64,000 nt of DNA from Candidatus Bathyarchaeota archaeon (GCA_963768425.1 CAVYHV010000023.1:1-64000); one strand, 5' to 3'; counted from the stretch's first letter, positions 19,590 to 29,582 are shown. Notes: a model not told the origin generated them from the letters alone. Program-made: numbers and translations.

Positions 19590-20582
19590 ATGAAAAATAA
19601 AATAATCGAGGCTGAAGACCTCACAAAAATATACAAAAAATCAGTCAAGGCTGTCGACGACATTTCTTTCTCGGTTGAAGAAGGAGAACTGTTCGGTTTT
19701 CTGGGGCCCAACGGCGCCGGAAAAACCACTACAATAAAGATGCTGACAACGTTAGCGGCATTAACTTCAGGGAAAGCAACCGTAGCTGGATACGACGTAA
19801 GCAGTAAGCCAGCAGAAGTCCGCAAAATCATTGGAGTCGTACCGCAGGAACTCACAGCAGACGACGAACTCAAAGGTGTAGAAAACCTACTGCTCTCAGC
19901 CAAACTTCACCATGTCCCAAATGACAAAGCTCGCAACAAAGCTCAAGATCTGCTCAAGCTTCTAGAACTTGAAAGCGCAGCGCAAAGACAAGTAAAAACT
20001 TACTCGGGCGGCATGCGCAGACGGCTCCAATTGGCGATGGGGTTAATTCATGAGCCGAAAATTCTGTTTTTGGATGAGCCAACGCTGGGATTGGATATTC
20101 AGACAAGACAGAACATGTGGGCTTACATCAGGCGACTTAACCATGATGACGGAATTACCGTGTTTATGACGACACATTACCTGGAAGAAGCCGACTCGTT
20201 ATGCGACCGAATCGCCATAATCGACACTGGGGTAATCAAAGTGTCGGGTAACCCAACCGAACTTAAGAAAAAGCTCGGCGGCACCATATTGACACTTCAG
20301 CTTACAGAGGGCACCGACATATCAGCCTCGCTTCGAAGAATCCAAGACGTCACCGAAGTTGAGAAAGAAGGCGGAACATACAAGATTAAATTGGCAAGAA
20401 CCGACGCCCTTCCGACAATTATCGAAGCAGTCACTAAGAGCGGACTCAATATTTCCGACATAAATTTGACTAAACCGACGCTTGACCAAGTTTTCCTACA
20501 AATCACAGGCAACACAATGCGTGATAAAGCTACAAATGGGGATTCTTATGCTCAAAGAGTCCTAATAGAGAGGATGAAGTAA
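19590..20582 (+). CDS. ABC-2 exporter ATP-binding subunit (DrrA-like)
   Basis: GPNGAGKTT, YSGGMRRR, LDEPT, TTHYLEEA, PTLDQVF. Confidence 0.95.
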   Translation: MKNKIIEAEDLTKIYKKSVKAVDDISFSVEEGELFGFLGPNGAGKTTTIKMLTTLAALTSGKATVAGYDVSSKPAEVRKIIGVVPQELTADDELKGVENLLLSAKLHHVPNDKARNKAQDLLKLLELESAAQRQVKTYSGGMRRRLQLAMGLIHEPKILFLDEPTLGLDIQTRQNMWAYIRRLNHDDGITVFMTTHYLEEADSLCDRIAIIDTGVIKVSGNPTELKKKLGGTILTLQLTEGTDISASLRRIQDVTEVEKEGGTYKIKLARTDALPTIIEAVTKSGLNISDINLTKPTLDQVFLQITGNTMRDKATNGDSYAQRVLIERMK

Positions 20583-21443
20583 ATGTTCGCCGACACTTTA
20601 GCCCTGACCGCACGGTCACTGAAAAAATGGATCCGCAACCCCGCCGCCATCATGCCTGGTGTATTCATGGCGGTCTTTTGGCTTGCTCTTTTCGGCAGCT
20701 CGTTTAACCCAGTTAACCTAGTGCCATCAAAAATTGGTGGCACCTCGCTGTCGCCAACCACGGTGTTGCAGATCAAATCTGCAATAAGTTCGGTATTTGG
20801 TGGCGCAGCAAACTACATAACTTTCCTTACAGCGGGCATAATAACTTTGATAGTCATAATTAACATGGCTTACGGCGGCATCGACATAGTCCTTGATCGG
20901 CAACTAGGCTACCTTAACTCACTACTGACTTCACCGATATCTAGGGCATCAATATTCTTCTCTGGTGCACTGCAGAACTTTGTGAAGGCCATGTTCATTG
21001 CGGTGATTACTTTTATCGTGGCTGTGCTACTTCCGAACGGCTTACAAGTCGGGGCTGGCTTTGGCGTGCTAAACTTGCTAGGAATATTTGCAGCGATTGC
21101 GCTAGTGACGTTTGGGTTCGGCTGCCTATTTACTTCTGTTGCTTTCTCCGTGAAAGTCGTAGATTCATTGATTGCAATCATCAATTTTCTTGCGTTCCCG
21201 CTAGTGTTCATGAGTAGTGCAATGTTTCCGCTTGGAACGTTTCCGTCTTGGCTAAAAGGCATCGCGCAGGTTAACCCAGTAACAAAAGCTGTTGAAACCT
21301 CGAGGCTGCTAATCGTTAACGGGAACCTAACTGCCAGCCAGCTGTCAACGGTCGGGTGGAACATGCTGTACCTTGTCGTGTTTGCCTCAGTGCTTGCTGT
21401 CGCGGGCTACTTGATTGCACGCAGAGCATTGAAGGCTGAGTAG
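20583..21443 (+). CDS. ABC-2 exporter permease (DrrB-like)
   Basis: About 6 TM segments, DRQ.G....L.SP, S...FP....P.WL..IA..NP. Confidence 0.92.
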   Translation: MFADTLALTARSLKKWIRNPAAIMPGVFMAVFWLALFGSSFNPVNLVPSKIGGTSLSPTTVLQIKSAISSVFGGAANYITFLTAGIITLIVIINMAYGGIDIVLDRQLGYLNSLLTSPISRASIFFSGALQNFVKAMFIAVITFIVAVLLPNGLQVGAGFGVLNLLGIFAAIALVTFGFGCLFTSVAFSVKVVDSLIAIINFLAFPLVFMSSAMFPLGTFPSWLKGIAQVNPVTKAVETSRLLIVNGNLTASQLSTVGWNMLYLVVFASVLAVAGYLIARRALKAE

Positions 21444-21514
21444 GAGCGAAGACCAATGGCAGCAGTAACAAAAAGTGAGCCACCCTTAAAAGCGCAAGAG
21501 GTGTAGCTAGAGAC

Positions 21515-22863
21515 ATGTCAAATTTACGTATCAGACGCGGTCAAAACGTTACACTGGACACTGTTGACGGCGAACTCAAAATCGGCCACAACGCAACTCT
21601 CCAAGCCGCCGGCGGCAAAACCATCAATGTCGCCAAAGGCGTCTACCTTGAAGGCAAAGCGTTCGTGAATGGCAGCCTCGAATGCGACTCTATTCAATCT
21701 GAAGTTTTCATGTCAAAAACAGGAGAACTCAATGCTGGCGGTCAAAGGGCACGGCTTGAGTTGATAGGGCGCTACGTTGGAAAGCTTGAGGTATCCGGCA
21801 ACTTGACTGTTCACAAGCAGCTTAACGTGAGCCACTCCGTTGAAGTCAAGGGCGCAATTATCGCCGGCGACATTGATGTGGGCGGAAAAATCGAGGCAGG
21901 CGCAGTGAAATGTGGCAGAATGCGGGTAGGCGGACGCGCAGACGTCCAAAACATGCTCGAAGCCCAAAGCGTTGATGTAGGTGGCAAAGTTGTCGCGTCA
22001 GGACCCGTAAAAATAGGCGACTTAAACGTGGGCGGCGAAGCTGAAGTCGGCGGCGGCTCCATAACCGGCAACATTCACGTCGGCGGGAAATTCATCGCCA
22101 AAGCCCACTTAGAATTCGGAGAACTGCAGGTCTACGGCCGAGGTGCCTGCCAGCCGGCTGCAAAGGACACAGAATCTCAACATTCGGCAAGCTCGAAGTC
22201 GGGGGAGACTTAACCTGCGACATCATCGAAGCAGGCGGCGTCATAGAAATAAGCGGTAGTTGCACGTCGCAGAAGGTGGAGGTTGGAGGAAAATTTGAGG
22301 TGTCTGGTTCAATGCATGTTTCGGACTTGTTCAAGGGTTGCGGCAACACGCAGATTGACGGCGCCTTAGAGTGCAGGCAGCTTGATTTCAGTGGGAAACT
22401 TGCTGCGGGTAAAATCGTTGTGAAGGAAGTCGCGGATATCAGCGGAAAAACAGAGGTTAAAGAGGGCTTGAAAGGTCGACTGGTAACGGTGCGTAGCGGC
22501 AGCCGATGCGAAGGCATCTTGATCGGCGAACAAGTCATAATCGGCAAAAGCGCTGACGTAAGCTGTAACCAAGTAGGCGTCGACCGGGTTATTGAACACC
22601 GCGCAATCCTTCTTAATCAGGCAATGGTTTCGAGGGGGCTGTGGGCAGGGGGTGGGATGGCGAGAGTGGACGACGTTTACGGAAAGGAAGTTGTGCTTGG
22701 CGCCATGTGCAGAGCAGGACGCATATTTGCCGACAAGGTTAAGCTGGAGCAGGGTTCAGCCGCCGAGCAGGTTACCTATACCGACGAGTTCAAGATGGAT
22801 TTTGGCGCAGCTGTAAGCGAAGAGCCCAAAAAAATGGATACACTTCCTAAACCACCATTTTGA
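21515..22863 (+). CDS. Long polymer-forming cytoskeletal (bactofilin-like) beta-helix protein, frameshifted ~22145
   Basis: Repeated V.VGG...V.G units; other frame continues LPAGCKGHRISTFGKLEVGGDLTCD into ORF 22276-22863; C-terminal DDVYG..V.L..C.A..I.A..V.LE.G. Confidence 0.75.
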
Positions 22864-22883
22864 TAAACGGGAGATGCGACCGC

Positions 22884-23189
22884 ATGAGAGACCGAGAAAC
22901 AAAGCGTTCAAGAACCGACCTGTACGCCCAAGTGCTTGAGGTACTCATACGTTACCCAGAAGGTGGCAAAATCACCCGCGTCTCCTACGGCGTAGGCGTC
23001 CCAGTGGACCGCCTAAGGAAGATGTTGGATGCGCTGAGCAGTTACGGCTTAGCAAGAAAACTCACATTGGAAGAACAAACGCTTTATTTTGCGACGCCAC
23101 GCGGCTTGGAATTTTTGGATACGTACTGGAAAATGAAGGGTTTCCTGGAAATCTTCGGGAAAGAATCACCAAGCAAATCTAGAAAATAA
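22884..23189 (+). CDS. Winged helix-turn-helix DNA-binding protein
   Basis: RSRTDLYAQVL, TRVSYGVG, Y.ATPRGLEFL. Confidence 0.85.
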   Translation: MRDRETKRSRTDLYAQVLEVLIRYPEGGKITRVSYGVGVPVDRLRKMLDALSSYGLARKLTLEEQTLYFATPRGLEFLDTYWKMKGFLEIFGKESPSKSRK

Positions 23190-23250
23190 GGCATAGGCAA
23201 CCGGAGTCATCGTTGAATTTAGGCATTGGCTATTTTTTGACTATAATTCT

Positions 23251-23375
23251 CTTTTTTAGAGCATTTTAGATGAAAATAGAGCTTTTTAGATTTTTTTAGA
23301 TGTTTCTAGCTTTACTAGCTCACAGTTGCAAACAATCTTAACCCCAAATCAATAAAGCGACCCAAAACATAAAGA
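23251..23375 (+). repeat. 10-bp-period mini-array (units ending TAGA/TAGC) plus conserved flank, copy 1
   Basis: cttttttaga gcattttaga tgaaaataga gctttttaga tttttttaga tgtttctagc, then TTGCA..AATAAAGCGACCCAAAACATAAA. Confidence 0.8.
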
Positions 23376-23440
23376 AAAAATTTCTGCGCGAAAAGCAGCA
23401 AAACCGCCGCTTACCCACACTTCTTTTCTCTACAATCAAC

Positions 23441-23575
23441 TATTTTTGACTTATTTTGACTTTTATATACTTATTTTAACTTTTATTGACTTTTTTAGAC
23501 TAATTTTGACTTTTTTTGACTCAACCTGCAGCCAAATCAAGCCTTATTTCAAAAAAGCAACCCAAAACACAAATA
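23441..23575 (+). repeat. 10-bp-period mini-array (8 units ending GAC/AAC/TAC) plus conserved flank, copy 2
   Basis: tatttttgac ttattttgac ttttatatac ttattttaac ttttattgac ttttttagac taattttgac tttttttgac, then ACCTGCA..TCAAGC..AAAAAAGCAACCCAAAACACAAA. Confidence 0.88.
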
Positions 23576-23696
23576 AAAATCCCGCCGCGCAGGAACAATC
23601 GGTATACAAAAGCATCAACCAAACACACAGAAAACAACGAAGGCAATTCTTATCTAGCCATTCCTAATTAACAATTCTTGTAGAAGGCTAGATTTT

Positions 23697-24947
23697 ATGG
23701 CGGAAGAACATGCAACATTAAATGTAGCATTATCCCAACTTAAACTCGCAACCAAAAAATTAGAGTTAGACCCAGGAATATGCAGGATGCTGAGCCTGCC
23801 AAAAAGATCCATCAGCGTCAGCATCGACATACGCATGGACAACGGCGTCGTCGGGGTCTTCAGCGGCGTTCGAGTCCAGCATTGGGATGCACGTGGACCT
23901 TTCAAGGGAGGAATCCGATACAGCCCCAACGTTACGCTTGACGATGTCACCGCTTTGGCGATGTTGATGACTTGGAAATGTGCCATCGCAAACATTCCAT
24001 TCGGTGGAGCAAAAGGCGCCGTAGTTGTCGACACCAAAAAAATGAGCAGGCACGAACTTGAACGCCTAACAAGAAGGTACGTCAGTCTAATTGTTGATTA
24101 TTTGGGTCCTCACCGCGATATACCGGCGCCGGACATGTACACTGACGCTCAAACCATGGCTTGGATAATGGACACCTACAGCCAACTCAAAGGCTACAGC
24201 ATACCCGAAAGCGCCACAGGCAAACCTGTTGAAATCGGCGGTTCATGGGGAAGAACCGAGGCGACGGGCAGAGGTGTAATCCACTGCGTGAAGCAGGCAG
24301 CGGAAAATAGTGGTCTCAAACTCAAAAACGCATCAGTAGCAATTCAGGGCTTCGGCAACGTCGGCTACCACGCTGCAACTGCAGCTCAAGAAGTAGGCGC
24401 CAAAGTGATAGCGGTCAGCGACTCCACTGGAGGCATCTACAACCCAGACGGATTAAACATCCCAGACGTTTTGGAGCACAAAGAAAAAAATGGCTCCGTA
24501 CAAAACTACAAAGGCTCCAAAAACATAACCAACGAAGAATTGCTGGAGCTGCCCTGTGACGTGCTCATCCCGGCGGCGCTTGAGAACCAAATTACCTGCA
24601 AAAACGCCGACAAAATTAAGGCGAAAATGGTTGCTGAAGCTGCAAACGGACCCACTACACCTGACGCAGATAAGGTTCTCTATGAGAAAGAGATTTGTCT
24701 CATCCCCGACATTCTTGCCAACAGCGGCGGAGTAACCGTCAGCTACTTTGAATGGGTCCAAAACCTGACTCGTGAGCAATGGACATTGGAAACCGTCAAC
24801 AGCAAACTTGAAGATAAAATGACCAAAGCCTTCAAAGACGTCGTCGCCTTGGCAGAGAGGGAGGAGAGCGACATGCGCACGGGCGCGTTGATGTTGGGTG
24901 TCGGCAGGGTCGCGAACGCAATAAAAACACTGGGATTATGGCCATAA
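23697..24947 (+). CDS. gdhA: Glutamate dehydrogenase
   Basis: RGPFKGGIRY, MTWKCA, PFGGAKG, DIPAPD, QGFGNVG, EAANGP, GGVTVSYFEW. Confidence 0.95.
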   Translation: MAEEHATLNVALSQLKLATKKLELDPGICRMLSLPKRSISVSIDIRMDNGVVGVFSGVRVQHWDARGPFKGGIRYSPNVTLDDVTALAMLMTWKCAIANIPFGGAKGAVVVDTKKMSRHELERLTRRYVSLIVDYLGPHRDIPAPDMYTDAQTMAWIMDTYSQLKGYSIPESATGKPVEIGGSWGRTEATGRGVIHCVKQAAENSGLKLKNASVAIQGFGNVGYHAATAAQEVGAKVIAVSDSTGGIYNPDGLNIPDVLEHKEKNGSVQNYKGSKNITNEELLELPCDVLIPAALENQITCKNADKIKAKMVAEAANGPTTPDADKVLYEKEICLIPDILANSGGVTVSYFEWVQNLTREQWTLETVNSKLEDKMTKAFKDVVALAEREESDMRTGALMLGVGRVANAIKTLGLWP

Positions 24948-24982
24948 ATTCATTTAATCCCGGAATCGATCACCTTCTACCG

Positions 24983-25021
24983 GCGGCGTTGGGCGAAAAT
25001 AAGCCGCTTCTTTTTGTTTTT
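24983..25021 (+). terminator. Possible terminator after gdhA
   Basis: GCGGC..GCCGC stem followed by T-rich tract TTCTTTTTGTTTTT. Confidence 0.4.
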
Positions 25022-25120
25022 CTCGTCTTTGATTTTATTTGTAGGAAACCTTAAAACTACTTCCGCCATATGAGTTGAACCCCACAAAGTGGGAAGCTAT
25101 GGGACAGGGAGAGTGAACGG

Positions 25121-25678
25121 TTGGCTGCTAAAATTTGCACGTTGGATTTCTGCTATGAGAATTCACTTGTCAGAATCGTCGCTAACAGAAACTGTCCTGA
25201 AATCAAGCTTGCCGGCTTGACGGTTGGCCCTTTTGACGAAGGAAACGAGTACGAAATTTATTTTTGGGTAGCAACAGAGCTTGCCAACGCTGGCATGGTT
25301 CATTTCCGCGAGGACGACCTGTTAGACTCAACCAAGCTGTTTAAGGTGCAGTGGAGAGAGGGCGTGCAGATTCCGGGGCAAATCTCTGAGTTGCCAGACG
25401 ACTTTTACCCCAAACTCAGACGCTATCTGACTATTCTGAAGCAGGAAGCTACTCAGCCCGAAAAAATAAACGAGTACCAGAAAACGCAGCATCTGGCAAA
25501 AGACGTGGTGAATTCCCGGCTGAAAAAGATCGTTGCGCTCTCAGCTGCGCCTGGACAAAGTGAACAAGTCGTTAAAAAGTTATCAAACGAAGAAAAAATC
25601 CTCTACGAGCGGCTCGTCAAGATTATTTCTGAGTGGAAAGCCAAAATTTTGAGGAAGGTGAAAAGTAGGGATGACTAA
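25121..25678 (+). CDS. GINS complex subunit (Gins23-like)
   Basis: Overlaps the MCM start; WVA..L, LPDDFY, RLKKIV..LS..EEK.LY pattern. Confidence 0.8.
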   Translation: MAAKICTLDFCYENSLVRIVANRNCPEIKLAGLTVGPFDEGNEYEIYFWVATELANAGMVHFREDDLLDSTKLFKVQWREGVQIPGQISELPDDFYPKLRRYLTILKQEATQPEKINEYQKTQHLAKDVVNSRLKKIVALSAAPGQSEQVVKKLSNEEKILYERLVKIISEWKAKILRKVKSRDD

Positions 25679-27706
25679 CGAGCAGTTTACGGTGGATCCG
25701 CAGCAGCGTTTTCAAGAGTTCTTCAAGAAGGAAAAGTACCGTCAAAGGATTGGGCAGTTAGCTATCACTGGAAAAAACTCGATATTAATCGATTTTGAAG
25801 AACTCTACGGCTTTGACCAAGCGCTCGCGGAACAGCTGCTCAACAGACCCGAAGAGTATTTGCAGCATGCTGGAAAAGGTGCTTACGAGCAGCTTCGCAT
25901 AGAGGACGCTGAGTACGCCGAGAAAATAGAGAAAATCATCATAAGAATCGTGCAGCTTCTCGGCAAGGAACAGCTTAGAAAACTCGGGTCAAAACAGATG
26001 ACCAAGCTGGTCATGATTGAAGGCATAGTTGTCAGAGCCACACCCGTGAGACCCATGGTTCTGCAAGGAGCATTCAAATGCAAACGCTGCGGAACAATGA
26101 ACATGGTGGAGCAAACCGGGCAGTTTTTAAAAGCGCCATCGGTATGCGTTGCACCTGACTGCGGAAGAGACGGCCCCTTCGAATTCGTCCAGGAAGAATC
26201 CACATTCATAGACTCACAGGACCTGCGTCTACAAGAAAAACCCGAAGACCTTCCTCCAGGACAGCTGCCGCGCACGTTAGCCGTCAAAACCGTTGGTGAT
26301 GACATCGTAGATGTTGCCAGACCCGGAGACCACGTTTCCATAGTTGGCATCGTTCATGCCTTTGCGCCTTCTCTGATGGGAATGGGAAAACTTCGAACTT
26401 TTATTCTTCAATTGACGCTAACTCAGTCGAATTGCTAGGCAAAGAACCCGAAACTTCGCCGCCTACACCTGAAGAGGAAGAAAAAATCCACGCCCTCGCG
26501 AAAGACCCTTGGGTTCACAGGAAAATCAGGGACTCCATCGCGCCATCAATCTTCGGCTACGAACACATCAAAGAAGCAATAATGTATCTGCTCTTTGGAG
26601 GAGTTTCAAAAACCCTTCCTGACGTAAGCATCAGAGGAGAACCCAACATCCTACTGATCGGTGACCCTGGAACAGCCAAATCACAGCTTCTCCAGTACGT
26701 TGCAAGAATAGCGCCCCGTGGACTATACACTTCAGGAAGAGGAACAACCGCTGCAGGATTAACCGCCGCCGTGGTAAGGGAGAAAGGCGGAAGCATGAGT
26801 CTGGAAGCAGGCGCATTGGTCCTGGCCGACAAAGGAATAGCATGCATCGACGAAATGGACAAAATGCGTCCCGAAGACCGAGTTGCCATCCACGAAGCCA
26901 TGGAGCAGCATACAGTTTCGGTTGCAAAAGGTGGCATTGTCGCCACATTAAATGCTCGGACTGCGGTGTTGGCTGCGGCTAACCCGTCGCTGGGCAGGTA
27001 TGAGCCTAACCGCACCGTGGCTGAGAACGTTCCGTTGCCAGTAACCATCCTTTCCCGTTTTGACTTGATTTTCGTGCTTCGCGACGTGCCCAACAAAGAG
27101 TCAGACAGCAAAATGTCAAAGCACATCTTGGAGATTCATCGCAGGGGAGTGAGCCCTGTTGAGGCGCAGGTTGACGCGGAGCTGCTGCGGAAATATGTAA
27201 GTTACGCGAAAGGGATTAAGCCTGTGCTTTCCGAAGAGGCGTTAAAGCAGCTTAGCGACTTTTACTTAGCCATGCGTTCAGCAAGCGAAACAGAAGGCTC
27301 ACCTGTGGCGATTACTGCGCGTCAGCTTGAGTCGCTGGTTCGCCTTTCAGAAGCCCGAGCTCGGGTGGCGCTTCGCAAGGAAGTAACTGCTGAAGATGCT
27401 GGCGCAGCTATTACCATCATGAAGAAGTCTCTGGAAGAAGTAGGAATCGACTTGTCCTCGTACAAGATGGACATTGACCTGATAATGACTGGAAGACCCA
27501 AAAGCATCCGGGACAGGCTCTCCATTGTGCTGTCAACGCTGATGAGCATGGAGAAGGTGACAGGCATAGTTGAGAAAGAGGCTCTTGTCACCGAGTTGGA
27601 AACGAAGAACAAGATTCCAAGGGGCGAAGTCGAACGAATGATAAGCCAGTTGCTCCGTGAAGGAACAATCTATGAGCCAAGGGAAGGATGCCTAAAGAAA
27701 ACATAG
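25671..27706 (+). CDS. mcm: MCM replicative helicase, frameshifted at ~26412
   Basis: N-domain Zn motif (CKRC..C..PDC), QEKPEDLPPGQLPR; restoring one base gives ILQ.DANSVELLGKE into AAA+ domain with GDPGTAKS, IDEMDKM, SRFD. Confidence 0.95.
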
Positions 27707-27724
27707 ACAGAGCTGCGAACTGAA

Positions 27725-27860
27725 GTGAAGCCATTCTTAGTTGTTGACGGAACAAGACCTGAAATAATCAAGATGAATCCTCAATAAACAGAGTTTCACT
27801 TTCAGTAACAAGATGGCAGAGCAGAAAACTATGAAGTTAATAAAGGAAAGTTTGGCTTAA
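27725..27860 (+). pseudogene. Relic of UDP-N-acetylglucosamine 2-epimerase (WecB-type)
   Basis: GTG-KPFLVVDGTRPEIIKMNPQ* carries the GTRPE..K N-terminal signature; about 25 nt later DGRA..KTMKLIK resembles the C-terminal GDG.A..I helix. Confidence 0.6.
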
Positions 27861-28628
27861 GAAATGTAGGTGGTCTTTTTGTCGTCTTCTTTTCGTGTTT
27901 GTTCAGCTTCAAGTGCCCGTTTCTCTTCGATCTGCTGGAGGCGAGCCACCATTGTTTCCGCTCGGGCAATTTCCTCGTCTAATCCTTTAAGGTCCAAGTC
28001 GAAGTTAAACGTGGATTTTAAGACTTCAAGCACGCTTTTTGCTGAAAGCGGGTCAGGCAAGTAACCGCGTGTTTCGCCGAGCAAGCAGAGAGCATCTATT
28101 TTTTTGAATTTTGCCAGGCCAAGAATTAATCCGGCTGTTCCAACGATAGGGCTTCCTGCAGTGCTAAGGATTGCGCCTGCGCTCAGGGCTTTGTCGAGGA
28201 TTTCTTGAGATGTTGCCGCGATGAAGACTTTGGGTTTTTCTTTAGGTTCCATTCGGTAGCCGCCGATTGTCGCGATTGTTTTTACGTTGTGTTTTTCTGA
28301 GAAGGCGAGAATTTGATCGGCGATTTCGTATTGTCCTTCGATTGTTTGCGATTGGCTGTCGCCAGTGAATAGAATCAAGTCGTTTCCATTTGGGTTTTTA
28401 TAATAGTAGAATACTCCGCGTAAGAGACGGACATTTCCTTTTTTGTTAACTAGGACGAAGTATGGGAAGTGGGGCGAGTAGAGGTAGGCTACTTTTTTGG
28501 GTTTCAACTGCTTAACCATGTATCGGAGTGCGATTTTGCCTACAAGCCCTAATCCTGGGAGACCTTCGATGAGAATCGGGTTGTTCGGCTGGATTTCAGC
28601 GAACTGTTTTAAGATACGTTTCTTTCAT
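27857..28628 (-). CDS. PAC2 (proteasome assembly chaperone) family protein, frameshifted ~28608
   Basis: ATG 28628 overlaps nop10 stop; removing one A gives MKETYLKQFAEIQPNNPILIEGLPGLGLVGK continuous with ORF 27857-28519 (GDSQ, TIGG, CLLGET.GY..DP). Confidence 0.88.
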
Positions 28629-28792
28629 TCTTCGCTACTCCTTTTCATTGCCATTCGATACTTTAGGTATTTATCGTCTGGGGAAAACTTTGCTGGATGT
28701 GGAATCCTAACGGGTCCACCGCAGTAGGGGCAACTATCCTTTTTAAGAGTGTACTTGTTGCAGTCTACGCATTTGCGAAGTTGCCAAACCAA
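28625..28792 (-). CDS. nop10: H/ACA RNP protein Nop10; absent from the ORF track
   Basis: MVWQLRKCVDCNKYTLKKDSCPYCGG..PHPAKFSPDDKY..YR. Confidence 0.93.
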   Translation of the reverse strand: MVWQLRKCVDCNKYTLKKDSCPYCGGPVRIPHPAKFSPDDKYLKYRMAMKRSSEE

Positions 28793-29076
28793 TTATTTTT
28801 CCCTTCTGAAAGAACCTGCCCGCCTTCTTTTGAGACGCCTGTCACGAAGTTTTGAGATGTCTTCTGAAGTACGCCTTCAGTCTGCTTACTGTTTTTAGCT
28901 GCAACTTCATCACTATACTTTGATGCAGATATAACGTATAATTTCTCTGAAACGTAAAGCAACCCGCGTTTGCTGTATTCATCAAGTTTAGCGTAAGCGC
29001 CATAATCCGTGACGGTTTCTACCGTGGCGATAACCAAGTCGCCAGCTTCAGGCCACTCGGGCTTACGCTCAGCCAT
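28793..29076 (-). pseudogene. eif2a: Translation initiation factor aIF2 alpha, internally deleted relic
   Basis: WPEAGDLVIATV..V.DYGAYAKLDEY..RGLLYVSE (S1 N-half) fused directly to decayed C-terminal YVISASKY..GG../GSFRREK*; only 284 nt between rps27e and nop10. Confidence 0.85.
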
Positions 29077-29091
29077 TCATGTCGTCATCCC

Positions 29092-29289
29092 TTATTCGAG
29101 AACGGCTTGCACGTCACCATTAATCTTTGCTCTTCCGCCAGTCGGCTCCGCAAGTGTTTCTCCGCACACGTTGCAGGTTATTTTGTTGACGGCGTTGCTG
29201 AAGACCAATTGTTCGTTTCCACATTTTGAGCATTTAACTCTGAGGAAGACGCTTCGCGGTTTCGGGATAAGTTTACTCCATTCAGACAT
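29092..29289 (-). CDS. rps27e: 30S ribosomal protein S27e
   Basis: PKPRS.FLRVKCSKCGNEQ.VF..C.VCG..LAEPTGG.A. Confidence 0.96.
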   Translation of the reverse strand: MSEWSKLIPKPRSVFLRVKCSKCGNEQLVFSNAVNKITCNVCGETLAEPTGGRAKINGDVQAVLE

Positions 29290-29306
29290 AACTTTTCTCT
29301 CCATAA

Positions 29307-29582
29307 CTACTGTATATTCAGTTTTCTCAGACGTATTCCGTCTTTGTGCCTCATGTAATTGCAAACTTTACATTTAAGGCGCAACGTTTGTTTTTTAGTC
29401 GTTTTCGCAAATTCTCTTTGCAACGGATATTTTTGTCCACCATAACCCTCTTTTTCTCTTTCATGGTGGCGTTCACCCTTAGCTAGGGCTCTTCGCTTTC
29501 CAGGCTTGTAAAGCGTTACACTGTGAATTTGGTGAACTTTGCATTTTGGACAGTAAGTCTTTACTTCTTTAGGAACATTCAC
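29307..29582 (-). CDS. rpl44e: 50S ribosomal protein L44e
   Basis: PK..KTYCPKC..H..H, GYGGQ, KTTKK..LRLKC..C. Confidence 0.96.
   Translation of the reverse strand: MNVPKEVKTYCPKCKVHQIHSVTLYKPGKRRALAKGERHHEREKEGYGGQKYPLQREFAKTTKKQTLRLKCKVCNYMRHKDGIRLRKLNIQ

Noticed and set aside
23231-23600. CRISPR array interpretation of the periodic repeats (also 46051-46150)
   Set aside because: Period is 10 bp, with no 24-47 bp repeats or unique 30-40 bp spacers, and no cas genes are in the window
23446-23667. 73-aa ORF over the repeat element
   Set aside because: Low-complexity translation of the array; the equivalent frame hits a stop in copies 1 and 3
25671-27706. Naturally split or programmed-frameshift MCM
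   Set aside because: The break is near the N-domain/AAA+ boundary, but one added base restores a seamless sequence, there is no slippery site, and similar indels are common in the window
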